From an uncultured Thiosulfatimonas sp. (GTDB lineage: Bacteria > Pseudomonadota > Gammaproteobacteria > Thiomicrospirales > Thiomicrospiraceae): a stretch of 24,000 nucleotides of DNA. Positions 1 through 8,156 of this stretch are shown here, piece by piece (position 1 is the first letter of the stretch; the number at the start of each line of letters is the position of its first letter). Under the pieces are notes generated by a model. That model did no database searches. It was not told the DNA's origin and worked only from the letters and a program-made list of their open reading frames with translations. The position numbers and the translations under genes are program-made. Where the stretch lies: the NCBI GenBank assembly GCA_964547865.1, contig CAZJPO010000001.1:14749-38748 (forward strand), in the 5' to 3' direction.

Positions 1-1
1 G

Positions 2-1180
2 CGTTTTATCAACGTCGTCGCCCGTGCATTGGTGGCAATCGGTGAAAAACCAAACTACACCAACATCCTCCAATACGTCACGGATATTGAACCTCTGTTT
101 AGACGCTTTGCTGAACACTGGCTACCTCTCAATGCAAATACAGACTGGCAATCAGACGTTCAAGTGTATGAGGAGGAAGCAACGGCTCAGTACAAGAAAA
201 ACCCTCGGTTTGCCAAACATCAATCACCACGGACTGAAGCTTTACGCAATTACATTGAAAAGCTTGAAACCAATGATCCCGTGCTGCTTGGTTTGCTTGG
301 TGCATTGCGCTACGACCAAGAATTCTATTCCAAGCTGGTTGCCAGCCTTATCCCATTACTTGAAAAAGTTACTACTGGGAAAATCGGAAAACTTCTTGCA
401 CCTGAATACGATGATTTAAGTGATGAACGCCCGATATTCGACTGGACACAAATCATTCGTTCCAAAGCGGTTATTTATATCGGCTTAGATGCGCTTCAGG
501 ATTTGGAGATTGCCTCAGTTGTGGGTAATTCCATGTTCTCTGATCTGGTTAGCACCAGTGGGATGATTTACAAGCATGGCTATGAAGCCGGCATGATTGA
601 AGGCCGTGAAGGTTTACTACCTAAAATTTACCTCCACGCAGACGAACTCAACGAACTCATTGGTGAAGAGTTTTTACCAATGGTCAACAAGGCGGCTGGA
701 TCAGGTGTCATCTTGACCGGCTACACCCAATCTCGTTCTGACCTTGAAGCAGCTTATGGCGATAAAGCTAAAGCTCAAGTCATTGAAGATAACTTCAACA
801 ACCTCATCATGATGCGCGTCAGAAACAAGCACACTGCTGAACTACTGACCGATCAACTTCCTGAAGTTGAAACCACCACAGTCATGCAGGTATCGGGGGC
901 GACAGATTCCTCAAATCTCGATTCCGAACAGGATTTTACCTCCAACACCCAAGACCGTATCTCGGTCAATCAGTCCGTCATGCTGGAGCCTAGTGCTCTG
1001 ATGTCATTACCCAAAGGGCAAGCCTTCATGCTGGTCAACGGCGGACACCTTTACAAAGTGCGAATTCCATTACCAGAAGACGACAACATTCCAATTCCCG
1101 AAACCCTAAGAGAGATGACTGAAGAAATGGATCGAACCTACAGTACCGGCGAAAAATGGTGGTCAGGAGCAGGGTTATGA
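2..1180 (+). CDS. traD: Type IV coupling protein TraD, C-terminal part (5' end lies upstream of the window)
   Basis: The frame is open from nt 2 with no stop, so the ORF continues off the left edge. It contains a hydrophobic-DE Walker-B-like stretch (IYLHADELNE). Its TGA stop overlaps the next gene's start (ATGA at 1177-1180). It sits immediately upstream of the PFL_4697-type membrane gene, as in MPF_G ICEs. Confidence 0.75.
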   Translation, partial: RFINVVARALVAIGEKPNYTNILQYVTDIEPLFRRFAEHWLPLNANTDWQSDVQVYEEEATAQYKKNPRFAKHQSPRTEALRNYIEKLETNDPVLLGLLGALRYDQEFYSKLVASLIPLLEKVTTGKIGKLLAPEYDDLSDERPIFDWTQIIRSKAVIYIGLDALQDLEIASVVGNSMFSDLVSTSGMIYKHGYEAGMIEGREGLLPKIYLHADELNELIGEEFLPMVNKAAGSGVILTGYTQSRSDLEAAYGDKAKAQVIEDNFNNLIMMRVRNKHTAELLTDQLPEVETTTVMQVSGATDSSNLDSEQDFTSNTQDRISVNQSVMLEPSALMSLPKGQAFMLVNGGHLYKVRIPLPEDDNIPIPETLREMTEEMDRTYSTGEKWWSGAGL

Positions 1181-1923
1181 GTGAAACAAAAACAAACTCC
1201 CAATCAAATGCACATCCAGCTGAAAAGAGAGGAGTTATCTCCCACACATTCGGATTTATTTTCAGGATATTTGGCGTTCTGATCTTTGCGGCATTTATTT
1301 CCGTATTGGTTGAGTGGGTTGGTATGGCCACATGGTTTTCTGATGACTATCAGGGATATGAACACGCTCAGGAGATGTTCCAAACCGAACTGGGATACCT
1401 CAATGTCTCGGTAAAAGAAGGGGGCATGGATACGATCGCAGCGGCCAATGCCAATCATTATATTAACAATGCCATTCAATACGTTTTCTTTGACTCAGGA
1501 CTTGTTCAATGGCTTCACAACTCCAGAACACCCATGCCAACGGATAATGATGTTGTAGCGACCTTAAAACAATTTCAAGGTGCTATTCATGATTACATCA
1601 TGGCCATGATCTACACCCTTATGACATTCACTGTCCGGGTAACGATCCTCACGCTCTCTATACCTATTTTCTTTATTTTCGCGCTAGTGGCTTTTGTAGA
1701 TGGCTTGGTGCAAAGGGATATTCGCCGATTCACTGGTGGCCACGAATCGAGTTTTGTGTACCACATTGCCAAAGGATTTGCGGTGCCACTGGTTGTTATG
1801 GCTTGGATTTTTTACCTCGCAATGCCGGTCAGTATCAATCCGAATTGGGTTATCACACCGTTTGCAGCGATGTTCGCTTTCGCCATATTCATTGCCACAA
1901 GCAAGTTTAAGAAATACCTGTAA
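1177..1923 (+). CDS. ICE inner-membrane protein, PFL_4697 (TIGR03747)-like
   Basis: I prefer the ATG at 1177 over 1156 because AGGAG at 1165-1169 lies 7 nt upstream and there is an ATGA overlap with the traD stop. It has several hydrophobic helices. Size and position after traD match the recalled MPF_G order. Confidence 0.75.
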   Translation: MSETKTNSQSNAHPAEKRGVISHTFGFIFRIFGVLIFAAFISVLVEWVGMATWFSDDYQGYEHAQEMFQTELGYLNVSVKEGGMDTIAAANANHYINNAIQYVFFDSGLVQWLHNSRTPMPTDNDVVATLKQFQGAIHDYIMAMIYTLMTFTVRVTILTLSIPIFFIFALVAFVDGLVQRDIRRFTGGHESSFVYHIAKGFAVPLVVMAWIFYLAMPVSINPNWVITPFAAMFAFAIFIATSKFKKYL

Positions 1924-2027
1924 AGAGATAAGTCTTTTATACCTTTTTTAGGTCAATCATTTGTGACCCATTAAGAAACTAATTTCACAGACAAATAAAT
2001 TACAGTCTGAATCGACAAGGAGATTTT

Positions 2028-2342
2028 ATGAAACACATTGCGACTACATTTTTGCTGACACTGGGAATAGGATTTTCTTCAGTTGCATCTGCGGATGTCT
2101 GGGCTGAAAGAGAGGCTTTATCCAAAGTGGAATCAGAAATAAAAGCAATCGAGTCTCTGGTGAATGATGCTTCCAAAATTGCGGTTGAGGATACTCGAAT
2201 TCAATTTGAATACGATGCCTTAATCCGTGATTTAAGAATGATTCGCCAAGGTATTAAAGACCATCTGGCTCAACCTATTAATCCTGTCATACCATCCAGA
2301 ATTGAGCCGGTTCGCGCTGATTACACTGGAGTGAATAAGTAA
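2028..2342 (+). CDS. Small secreted ICE protein, probably RAQPRD family (TIGR01690-like)
   Basis: AAGGAG at 2017-2022 precedes the start. N-terminal signal peptide (…SSVASA/DV). C-terminal EPVRADYTG resembles the RAQPRD motif. It is the first gene of the pilus/core block. Confidence 0.6.
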   Translation: MKHIATTFLLTLGIGFSSVASADVWAEREALSKVESEIKAIESLVNDASKIAVEDTRIQFEYDALIRDLRMIRQGIKDHLAQPINPVIPSRIEPVRADYTGVNK

Positions 2343-2575
2343 TGGCTTGGGAAGATGATTTTAACACCGGTGCCGGTGGCTTTATCACTGCTGACCAAGC
2401 TTTATTTGCATTTCAGGCAATAGGCGCAACCCTTATTCTTTTGTGGGCAGCATGGATTTTTGTTAGTTCCTATTACAGCTGGGGAGACGGTTCTATCAGT
2501 GGATCCAAAATGCTGTTTCTATGGGCTAGGACGGTTTTCCTCATGATGGTTTTGCTATGGCTATTTACAAACTAA
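2342..2575 (+). CDS. Small ICE membrane protein, PFL_4701 (TIGR03758)-like
   Basis: TAATG stop/start overlap with the upstream gene. 77 aa with two hydrophobic helices. Syntenic position. Confidence 0.65.
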   Translation: MAWEDDFNTGAGGFITADQALFAFQAIGATLILLWAAWIFVSSYYSWGDGSISGSKMLFLWARTVFLMMVLLWLFTN

Positions 2576-2598
2576 CTCATAACTAAGGAGATTATTTA

Positions 2599-2946
2599 AT
2601 GAGTTTAATTAAGAAAGTAAGCGGTGCCGCTTTAACCCTTTCAGCACTTTTCGCTTCAAGTGTTCAAGCAGCCCTTCCAACAACTGCGGATCCAACAAAC
2701 GCGGCCGCTGATGGCAATTACATTGACCTGTTAAAAGGCTATGCGTTCGACATCGGTATTGTCGTTGGTTTAGTCATTGGTACGATCGCTTTCATCGTTG
2801 TTGCCAACAACATGATCGGTACTTACAAAGAAATCGGGGATGGCAAAAAGACATGGGGAGACATGGGGATGCACGGTGCAATGGGTGTTCTATTGCTAGT
2901 GTTTGTTGTCTATTTATTAACCGAAGCCGCAGCGGTAATTTTCTAA
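2599..2946 (+). CDS. ICE membrane protein, PFL_4702 (TIGR03745)-like; candidate pilin-like subunit
   Basis: AAGGAG lies upstream. Signal peptide (…SSVQA/AL) followed by two C-terminal TM helices. 115 aa. Syntenic position. Confidence 0.7.
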   Translation: MSLIKKVSGAALTLSALFASSVQAALPTTADPTNAAADGNYIDLLKGYAFDIGIVVGLVIGTIAFIVVANNMIGTYKEIGDGKKTWGDMGMHGAMGVLLLVFVVYLLTEAAAVIF

Positions 2947-2952
2947 AAAATT

Positions 2953-3369
2953 ATGCCTGATATTGAAGGAATGAAAGGTCGGGAGATTAATTACATTCCC
3001 GACCGTTTAATTGCTGATCCGGTTGTATTTCGCGGAATGACCGATACCGAAGTGGTAACGATAGTTGTCATTGGAATCATTTTCTGGGTTCCAGTTTCAA
3101 TCATCCTGTTATTGCCATTTGGGTACGGTTTATTCGGCGTTGGAGTAGGTGTCGGTATGGCAATACTGACCCTGCTTTTTGCTGGTAAGCGACTTACTAA
3201 CCTAAAGCGCAAGCAACCTGACGGGCTTCATGTTGTCTTTTTCAAAAGATGGTTGCAGAAAAAGGGCTTTGGCTCTTACGGATTTATTGACCAATCTCAA
3301 AAATGGGATGTCAGACGTTCAAAGCCGGTTTCAGTAGTAAAAATAGTCCAAGAAGATGAAGACAGCTAG
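2953..3369 (+). CDS. Conjugative transfer region membrane protein (TIGR03750-like)
   Basis: 138 aa with two adjacent TM helices and a basic tail. Syntenic position. The start is uncertain (alternative ATG at 2971). Confidence 0.65.
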   Translation: MPDIEGMKGREINYIPDRLIADPVVFRGMTDTEVVTIVVIGIIFWVPVSIILLLPFGYGLFGVGVGVGMAILTLLFAGKRLTNLKRKQPDGLHVVFFKRWLQKKGFGSYGFIDQSQKWDVRRSKPVSVVKIVQEDEDS

Positions 3370-3382
3370 AGGTTGATAACCA

Positions 3383-4039
3383 ATGTCAAAAGTAAAACGT
3401 GCCCTTGATAGCAAAGATTCGCACATCAAAACACTCAGAATAGTGATCGCTATTCTTACCCTAATTATTGCTTATTCGCAGTGGGGGTGGTCTCAAGCTC
3501 CCAAAAATATCACTGTGGATATTCCGCCAGACTTACGTTCTGGCTCTTCTCGTTTGATCGGGGAAAAGCATCCATACAACGTGTATAGCTATGGGCTTTA
3601 CATCTGGCAACAAATTAACAGCTGGCCGGTATCTGGTGAAGAAGATTACAAAAAAAATATTGAACGCCTGTCCTGCTACATCACACCTAAATTCAAAGCA
3701 GAGCTTTTGCAAGACTACGATGACAAAGGCCGACGTGCAGAGCTGAAAAGAACACGATACATCCAAGAAATGCACGGTCGAGGCTACCAGCCAGAGAGAG
3801 TTTTCATTGAATCTAAGGATTCATGGGTCGCTTACTACGACATTGGTATTAAAGAGTCTTACCGTGGACAAAAGATTAAAGACATCTACGCTCGTTATCC
3901 ATTACGGATTGTAAGAATGGATGCAAATCCAGAGTGTAACCCTTGGGCATTGGCCATTGATGGTATTTATGAAAAACCAAAACGTATCGAAGTGCGTGAG
4001 ACAGAAATGGAAGCTACGACAGGAGAAGTGCAACAATGA
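3383..4039 (+). CDS. ICE protein, PFL_4703 (TIGR03746)-like, N-terminal membrane anchor
   Basis: GAGG lies 8 nt upstream. Single N-terminal TM helix. ATGA overlap with the next gene at 4036-4039. Confidence 0.7.
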   Translation: MSKVKRALDSKDSHIKTLRIVIAILTLIIAYSQWGWSQAPKNITVDIPPDLRSGSSRLIGEKHPYNVYSYGLYIWQQINSWPVSGEEDYKKNIERLSCYITPKFKAELLQDYDDKGRRAELKRTRYIQEMHGRGYQPERVFIESKDSWVAYYDIGIKESYRGQKIKDIYARYPLRIVRMDANPECNPWALAIDGIYEKPKRIEVRETEMEATTGEVQQ

Positions 4040-4962
4040 TGAAATTTAAACTATCTGCCCTAATTGGGGCATTGCTTCTGTCTTCTGCTGTTCAAGCGAC
4101 TGAGTACATCGAATACAGCAACAAACCAGTCACCATTCAACTGCATGAAGGCGAAGAACGCACGATTCAGTTTGGAGACCATGTTGCCGTTGGTGTTACC
4201 CCTAAACAAGAAGCACAGGGGCTATTCAGAGTCCAAAGTGCTCAAGGCGCACTGCATATCCTTCCTCGTAAAACATTCGAGCGTGAACGTATTCAAGTGA
4301 AACGCTTGGGTGATGGAAAAATCGTTCTTATTGATTTGGTATCTATTGAAGCCAATAAAAAAGATGAAACACCACTAGAAGACATCAGAATCTATGTTGG
4401 AAATGAAGCCAAAGAGCTTCCAAAAGACATAGAAGCTGCCAATGAAGAAGCATCGGGGGAAACCAATGCTACCCAGAAGGAAGTCGAGCCGATCACACCA
4501 ATCACCTTGACTCGCCACCTCGCTCAAAAACTTTATGCTCCCGAAAGACTGCACAAGGTAATGCCGGGGATTAGTGAAGTTTCGCTAAACGAAGTGCTTC
4601 ATAAAGATGTTCGTGCCTTTAAAGGTATTAATCGAGCCAAGACCACTGTAAAACCAATATTGGCCTACCGCTCTGGAAATCTTTATGCAACCGCTCTTCT
4701 GGTAAGCAATACAGGCAACACAACCGTTCAGCTTAATTACTTGGACATCAACCTTCCTTTTACCCATGCAACCTATCAGCACCACAAGTTGACTCCAAAG
4801 GGGCAGGCAGGAGATAGAACGGTTCTTTACGTTATCAATGAGCGCCCTTTAAGTGAAACACTTGTACCTTGGACGTACTACTCTGAACTGGAAGTGCAAA
4901 AGGCTAAGGAAGCTCAACAATCGAAAAAGAAAGCCAGTCATGACGCTTCAGGGGAGTTTTAA
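4036..4962 (+). CDS. Secreted ICE protein, PFL_4704 (TIGR03749)-like
   Basis: Signal peptide (…SSAVQA/TE). 308 aa. Translationally coupled on both sides. Syntenic position. Confidence 0.7.
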   Translation: MMKFKLSALIGALLLSSAVQATEYIEYSNKPVTIQLHEGEERTIQFGDHVAVGVTPKQEAQGLFRVQSAQGALHILPRKTFERERIQVKRLGDGKIVLIDLVSIEANKKDETPLEDIRIYVGNEAKELPKDIEAANEEASGETNATQKEVEPITPITLTRHLAQKLYAPERLHKVMPGISEVSLNEVLHKDVRAFKGINRAKTTVKPILAYRSGNLYATALLVSNTGNTTVQLNYLDINLPFTHATYQHHKLTPKGQAGDRTVLYVINERPLSETLVPWTYYSELEVQKAKEAQQSKKKASHDASGEF

Positions 4963-6453
4963 ATGAAGGGCAATAAACTTATCAAAATCCTAGCGATTGT
5001 CTTTGTGGCCATTGTCTTGATTGCTCTGATGATTAATGGAAAGAGTAAGAATAAGGAACTGGTGCAAGCGCAAAATGCACCTGCCTTAGATGATAACGGT
5101 TTGGCATTAGCCCCTGTCTCCGACGATGAACTTGCCAAAGAGTTTGGGGTCGATGTGGATTCTCCAGAAGAAACCATGAGAACGCTAACAACTGAACTGC
5201 AAGCTGTTAAGCGTGAGAACGACCTGATTCAGCAAGAAAACGAGCGTCTGCGTCAAGAAGCTGAAAAGCTTCTCAACATGGAAAAAAACATCACTTCACG
5301 AGTCGATAGCAAAGTGCGTAATGCGGAAACCGTGGTGGAAAATCAAGCAAAACGCTTAGAGCGTCAATCGCAAGAATCCGATACCCTGCTGCGAAGACTA
5401 GAGCAACGCCTCAAAGATTTAGAGCTTAGTCGAAACGAACCAGCAACGACTGCCCAAACAACACCTGAAGGCTATGACATTGGTATGGCAGGCATTCCCG
5501 ATGGATTGGGTTATACCGATGGGGGAATGAGTGGTACAGGCGTAATCTGGAAGCAACCACTTGATGCAGTTAAAGATGAAAAGTCTGGAGAACTTTCCTT
5601 GCCAGATTTTTCCTTGCCGGATTTAGGCGTACAAGCTCCCGGTATTCCTGAAGGTGAAGAGTTGCGTCGTGGTAAAAAGAAAGACGAACCTACCAAGATT
5701 AAAGCTTACACCATTCCTGAAAACGCAACACTGTTTGGTTCTACCAGTATGACCGCTCTTTTGGGTCGCATTCCTGTGGACGGTCAAATATCGGATCCAT
5801 ACCCATTTAAGATTATTGTCGGCCCTGAAAACCTTTCATCAAACGGCATCAACATTCCCAACGTGGAAGGCATCACTATGTCGGGTGTTGCGAAAGGTGA
5901 CTGGACGCTATCTTGTGTTTCTGGAGAAATTCACAGTATGACCTTTACCTTCTCTGACGGCTCAATTTCAACTTATCCTGAGCCAAAAGAGGGCGGTACA
6001 GCAAGAAGAGAAACAATTGCATGGTTCTCTGACGAATACGGTGTGCCTTGTGTGACTGGTAAGCGAATTACCAACGCTCCATCCTACCTTGCAACTCGAA
6101 TTGGATTGGGCGCGTTGTCCGCCTATGCCAATGTTCAAGCACAGCAAGAATATACCAACACCACGACTTCAGGGCCATACGGTACGAGCACATCTAGCAC
6201 ACTTACAGGTGACGCGGGCAATGCAGCCAAGAACCAAGCAATTGTTGGGGGCACAGAAGAGGTGATGGATTGGGTAGAAAAACGTCAGCAGCAGAGCTTT
6301 GATGCGATTTACGTTGAACCCGGCACTAAGTTGCATCTACACATGATTCAACAGGTAGCGATTGATTACCCGATTAATGGATCTGGTCGCAAGGTACAAC
6401 ACAGCGAATTCACTAACTTCCAAAGCAACAATATGCACCGTGGATTGGACTAA
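4963..6453 (+). CDS. ICE protein, PFL_4705 (TIGR03752)-like (TM anchor, coiled coil, C-terminal beta-rich domain)
   Basis: The start directly abuts the upstream TAA. N-terminal TM helix, a heptad-like E/Q/R/L-rich segment, and a G/T/S-rich C-terminus. Syntenic position. Confidence 0.7.
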   Translation: MKGNKLIKILAIVFVAIVLIALMINGKSKNKELVQAQNAPALDDNGLALAPVSDDELAKEFGVDVDSPEETMRTLTTELQAVKRENDLIQQENERLRQEAEKLLNMEKNITSRVDSKVRNAETVVENQAKRLERQSQESDTLLRRLEQRLKDLELSRNEPATTAQTTPEGYDIGMAGIPDGLGYTDGGMSGTGVIWKQPLDAVKDEKSGELSLPDFSLPDLGVQAPGIPEGEELRRGKKKDEPTKIKAYTIPENATLFGSTSMTALLGRIPVDGQISDPYPFKIIVGPENLSSNGINIPNVEGITMSGVAKGDWTLSCVSGEIHSMTFTFSDGSISTYPEPKEGGTARRETIAWFSDEYGVPCVTGKRITNAPSYLATRIGLGALSAYANVQAQQEYTNTTTSGPYGTSTSSTLTGDAGNAAKNQAIVGGTEEVMDWVEKRQQQSFDAIYVEPGTKLHLHMIQQVAIDYPINGSGRKVQHSEFTNFQSNNMHRGLD

Positions 6454-6459
6454 GGAAAC

Positions 6460-6735
6460 TGAAGTCAACAACCCACCCCTAAAGGGGCAGGCTTGAAAAA
6501 GCCTAGTTGACCAGAGGGCGACTTCGGTCGCAGCAGAGTGTAATAGGTCGTTAAGACTTACCTTGAGGTGCTTCCTTAGCCTCAAGCTCTAAAAGGCGTT
6601 GAGAATGCTGGCATAGGGTAAGTGCCGAATCTTGATGTCGCACCCTTGGGTGGAGCCGGTTACATTCAATCTCGAAGGGAGATGGCTTTTAAAGCCACGT
6701 TACAAGACCCGTAAGGGTGTTTATTTGGAGTAACA
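6460..6735 (+). ncRNA. Candidate omega RNA (guide plus scaffold) of IscB; ends not determined
   Basis: 282 nt with no credible ORF lie directly 5' of iscB on the same strand. Stem-loops: 6476-6487 (C4/G4), 6489-6504 (6 bp, GAAA loop), 6518-6531 (5 bp, UUCG loop), 6562-6586 (7 bp), 6641-6652, 6683-6697, 6707-6718 (GUAA loop). Confidence 0.6.
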
Positions 6736-8106
6736 ATGTCTGTATTAGTGCTGGATAAAAACAAGAAACCGTTGATGCCTTGTTCTGAGAAAAGAGCACG
6801 ATTGCTGTTATCTCGTGGACGAGCAGTGGTTCATCTCCTTTATCCATTCACCATCCGGATTAAAGATTTGAAGCAATCAGACTGTTTGTTGCAATCGGTG
6901 CATTTAAAGCTAGATCCAGGTTCTAAAACCACGGGATTAGCTTTAGTTCTAAGTTCTGATATTGAATTAAAAACTTTATTTTTAGCCAATATCGAACACA
7001 AAGGTTTTGCAATCTCTGAGAGTTTAACTCAACGCAGAGCATTTAGACGACGCAGAAGAAACAAGCTTTGGCATCGTAAAGCACGATTTGATAATCGGGT
7101 TAAGCCTAAAGGTTGGCTACCGCCCTCTTTAAGACACAGAGTGGATACGACATTGGCGTGGGTTAAAAAGCTATCTCGACTTGTACCTGTTACTGATATT
7201 GGGTTTGAGCGAGTTAAGTTTGATATGCAGAAGATGGCTAACGGTGATATTAGTGGTGTTGAGTATCAGCAAGGCACTTTATTTGGGTATGAGGTTAAAG
7301 AGTACCTTTTGGAAAAACATCGCCACACCTGTGCTTATTGCAGTGGGTTGAGCGGTGATAACCGCTTAGAGGTAGAACATACTCACCCCAAGTCGAAAGG
7401 TGGAGGCAATAGCGTTAAGAACTTGGTACTCGCTTGCAGAAGTTGCAATGAGTCAAAAGACAATCTGTTATTGGTGGATTGGAAAAATAGGTTGGGTAAC
7501 AGCAAGTTAGATACCGCCCGTAAATCAGGCGTTGAGAAAGTCCTTAAAGGCAAATGGTCTGGTTTAAAAGATGCCGCATCGGTTAACGCCACTCGTAATG
7601 AGTTGCTAAAACAACTGTTAATGTTTGCAGGTGAGCACTTATCCGTTTACACAGGTACAGGTGCTATGACTAAGTTTAACCGCAAACAGCAAGGGATTCC
7701 TAAAGACCACTGCTTAGATGCGTTATGTGTGGGTGAAGTATCAAAACCAATCACTCAATGGCAACAGCCTGTATTGCGCATTAAATGCACGGGCAGAGGT
7801 ATTTATAAAAGAACTCGCTTGGACAAGTACGGTTTTCCAAGAGGTTACTTGATGCGTCAAAAAGCAGTTTATGGGTTTCAAACGGGTGACATGGTTAAAG
7901 CGAATGTCACTAACGGAAAGAAAGCTGGATTGCATGTTGGGCGTGTAGCGATTAGAGCTACTGGCAGTTTTAACATTCAAACCACAACAGGTTTGGTACA
8001 AGGGATTAGTCATAATTATTGCACATTAATTCAGCGTGGCAGTGGTTATGGCTTTGGTTTTACAAAGATAGCAACCAACTATGGAGAAGAGAGAAAGGCC
8101 GCTTAA
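6736..8106 (+). CDS. iscB: IscB, OMEGA-class RNA-guided DNA endonuclease (split RuvC with inserted HNH)
   Basis: GGAG lies 5 nt upstream. PLMP motif at aa 12-15 (nt 6769-6780). RuvC-I LDPGSKTTG (D60, nt 6913-6915). Arg-rich bridge helix RRAFRRRRRNKLWHRKARF. RuvC-II GFERV (E158). HNH CAYC...EVEHTHPKSKGG...NLVLACRSCNESK (nt about 7330-7455). RuvC-III KDHCLDALC (H325, D328). All catalytic positions appear intact. Confidence 0.88.
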   Translation: MSVLVLDKNKKPLMPCSEKRARLLLSRGRAVVHLLYPFTIRIKDLKQSDCLLQSVHLKLDPGSKTTGLALVLSSDIELKTLFLANIEHKGFAISESLTQRRAFRRRRRNKLWHRKARFDNRVKPKGWLPPSLRHRVDTTLAWVKKLSRLVPVTDIGFERVKFDMQKMANGDISGVEYQQGTLFGYEVKEYLLEKHRHTCAYCSGLSGDNRLEVEHTHPKSKGGGNSVKNLVLACRSCNESKDNLLLVDWKNRLGNSKLDTARKSGVEKVLKGKWSGLKDAASVNATRNELLKQLLMFAGEHLSVYTGTGAMTKFNRKQQGIPKDHCLDALCVGEVSKPITQWQQPVLRIKCTGRGIYKRTRLDKYGFPRGYLMRQKAVYGFQTGDMVKANVTNGKKAGLHVGRVAIRATGSFNIQTTTGLVQGISHNYCTLIQRGSGYGFGFTKIATNYGEERKAA

Positions 8107-8156
8107 AAGCAGGTGCTATCCCTCCCCAATCTAAAGGATGGGGGCTCTCGCACGAA

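Larger units (their letters stand above)
6454..8156 (+). mobile_element. Solo IscB-omega RNA cassette (IS200/IS605-derived, no TnpA) inserted between two T4SS genes; boundaries approximate
   Basis: This is the only large gap in an otherwise overlapping or abutting operon. It contains a structured leader plus an iscB ORF. C4...TAAAGG...G4 motifs occur near both ends (6476-6487 and 8124-8144). Confidence 0.6.

Noticed and set aside
1035-1479. Antisense ORFs (98 aa and 91 aa) opposite traD and the PFL_4697-like gene. Similar antisense or alternate-frame ORFs occur throughout, for example 3533-3775, 9960-10235, 11015-11305, 13273-13641 and 14028-14306.
   Set aside because: They lie fully inside strongly supported, translationally coupled sense genes, lack ribosome-binding sites and show no recognisable motifs. 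They are treated as shadow ORFs.
5590-5640. A short direct repeat TCCTTGCC(A/G)GATTT encoding LSLPDFSLPDLG in the PFL_4705-like gene.
   Set aside because: It is a small in-frame peptide duplication inside a linker region and is not an independent feature.
6337-6585. An 82-aa minus-strand ORF spanning the end of the PFL_4705-like gene and the iscB leader.
   Set aside because: It overlaps a sense CDS and the hairpin-rich leader, has no ribosome-binding site, and reads straight through palindromic stems. The region is better explained as structured RNA.
8019-8156. The track ORF extends the lipoprotein gene upstream to 8019 (MHINSAW...), overlapping the iscB 3' end.
   Set aside because: The extension overlaps iscB in another frame and has no signal-peptide logic. 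Starting at 8157 gives a textbook lipoprotein signal (MMKKTLF...LGGC).
6454-8156. A search for a Y1 transposase (TnpA) or a TnpB accompanying iscB.
   Set aside because: The cassette holds no additional ORF, and the flanks are T4SS genes. The element is therefore called non-autonomous, not a complete IS200/IS605.
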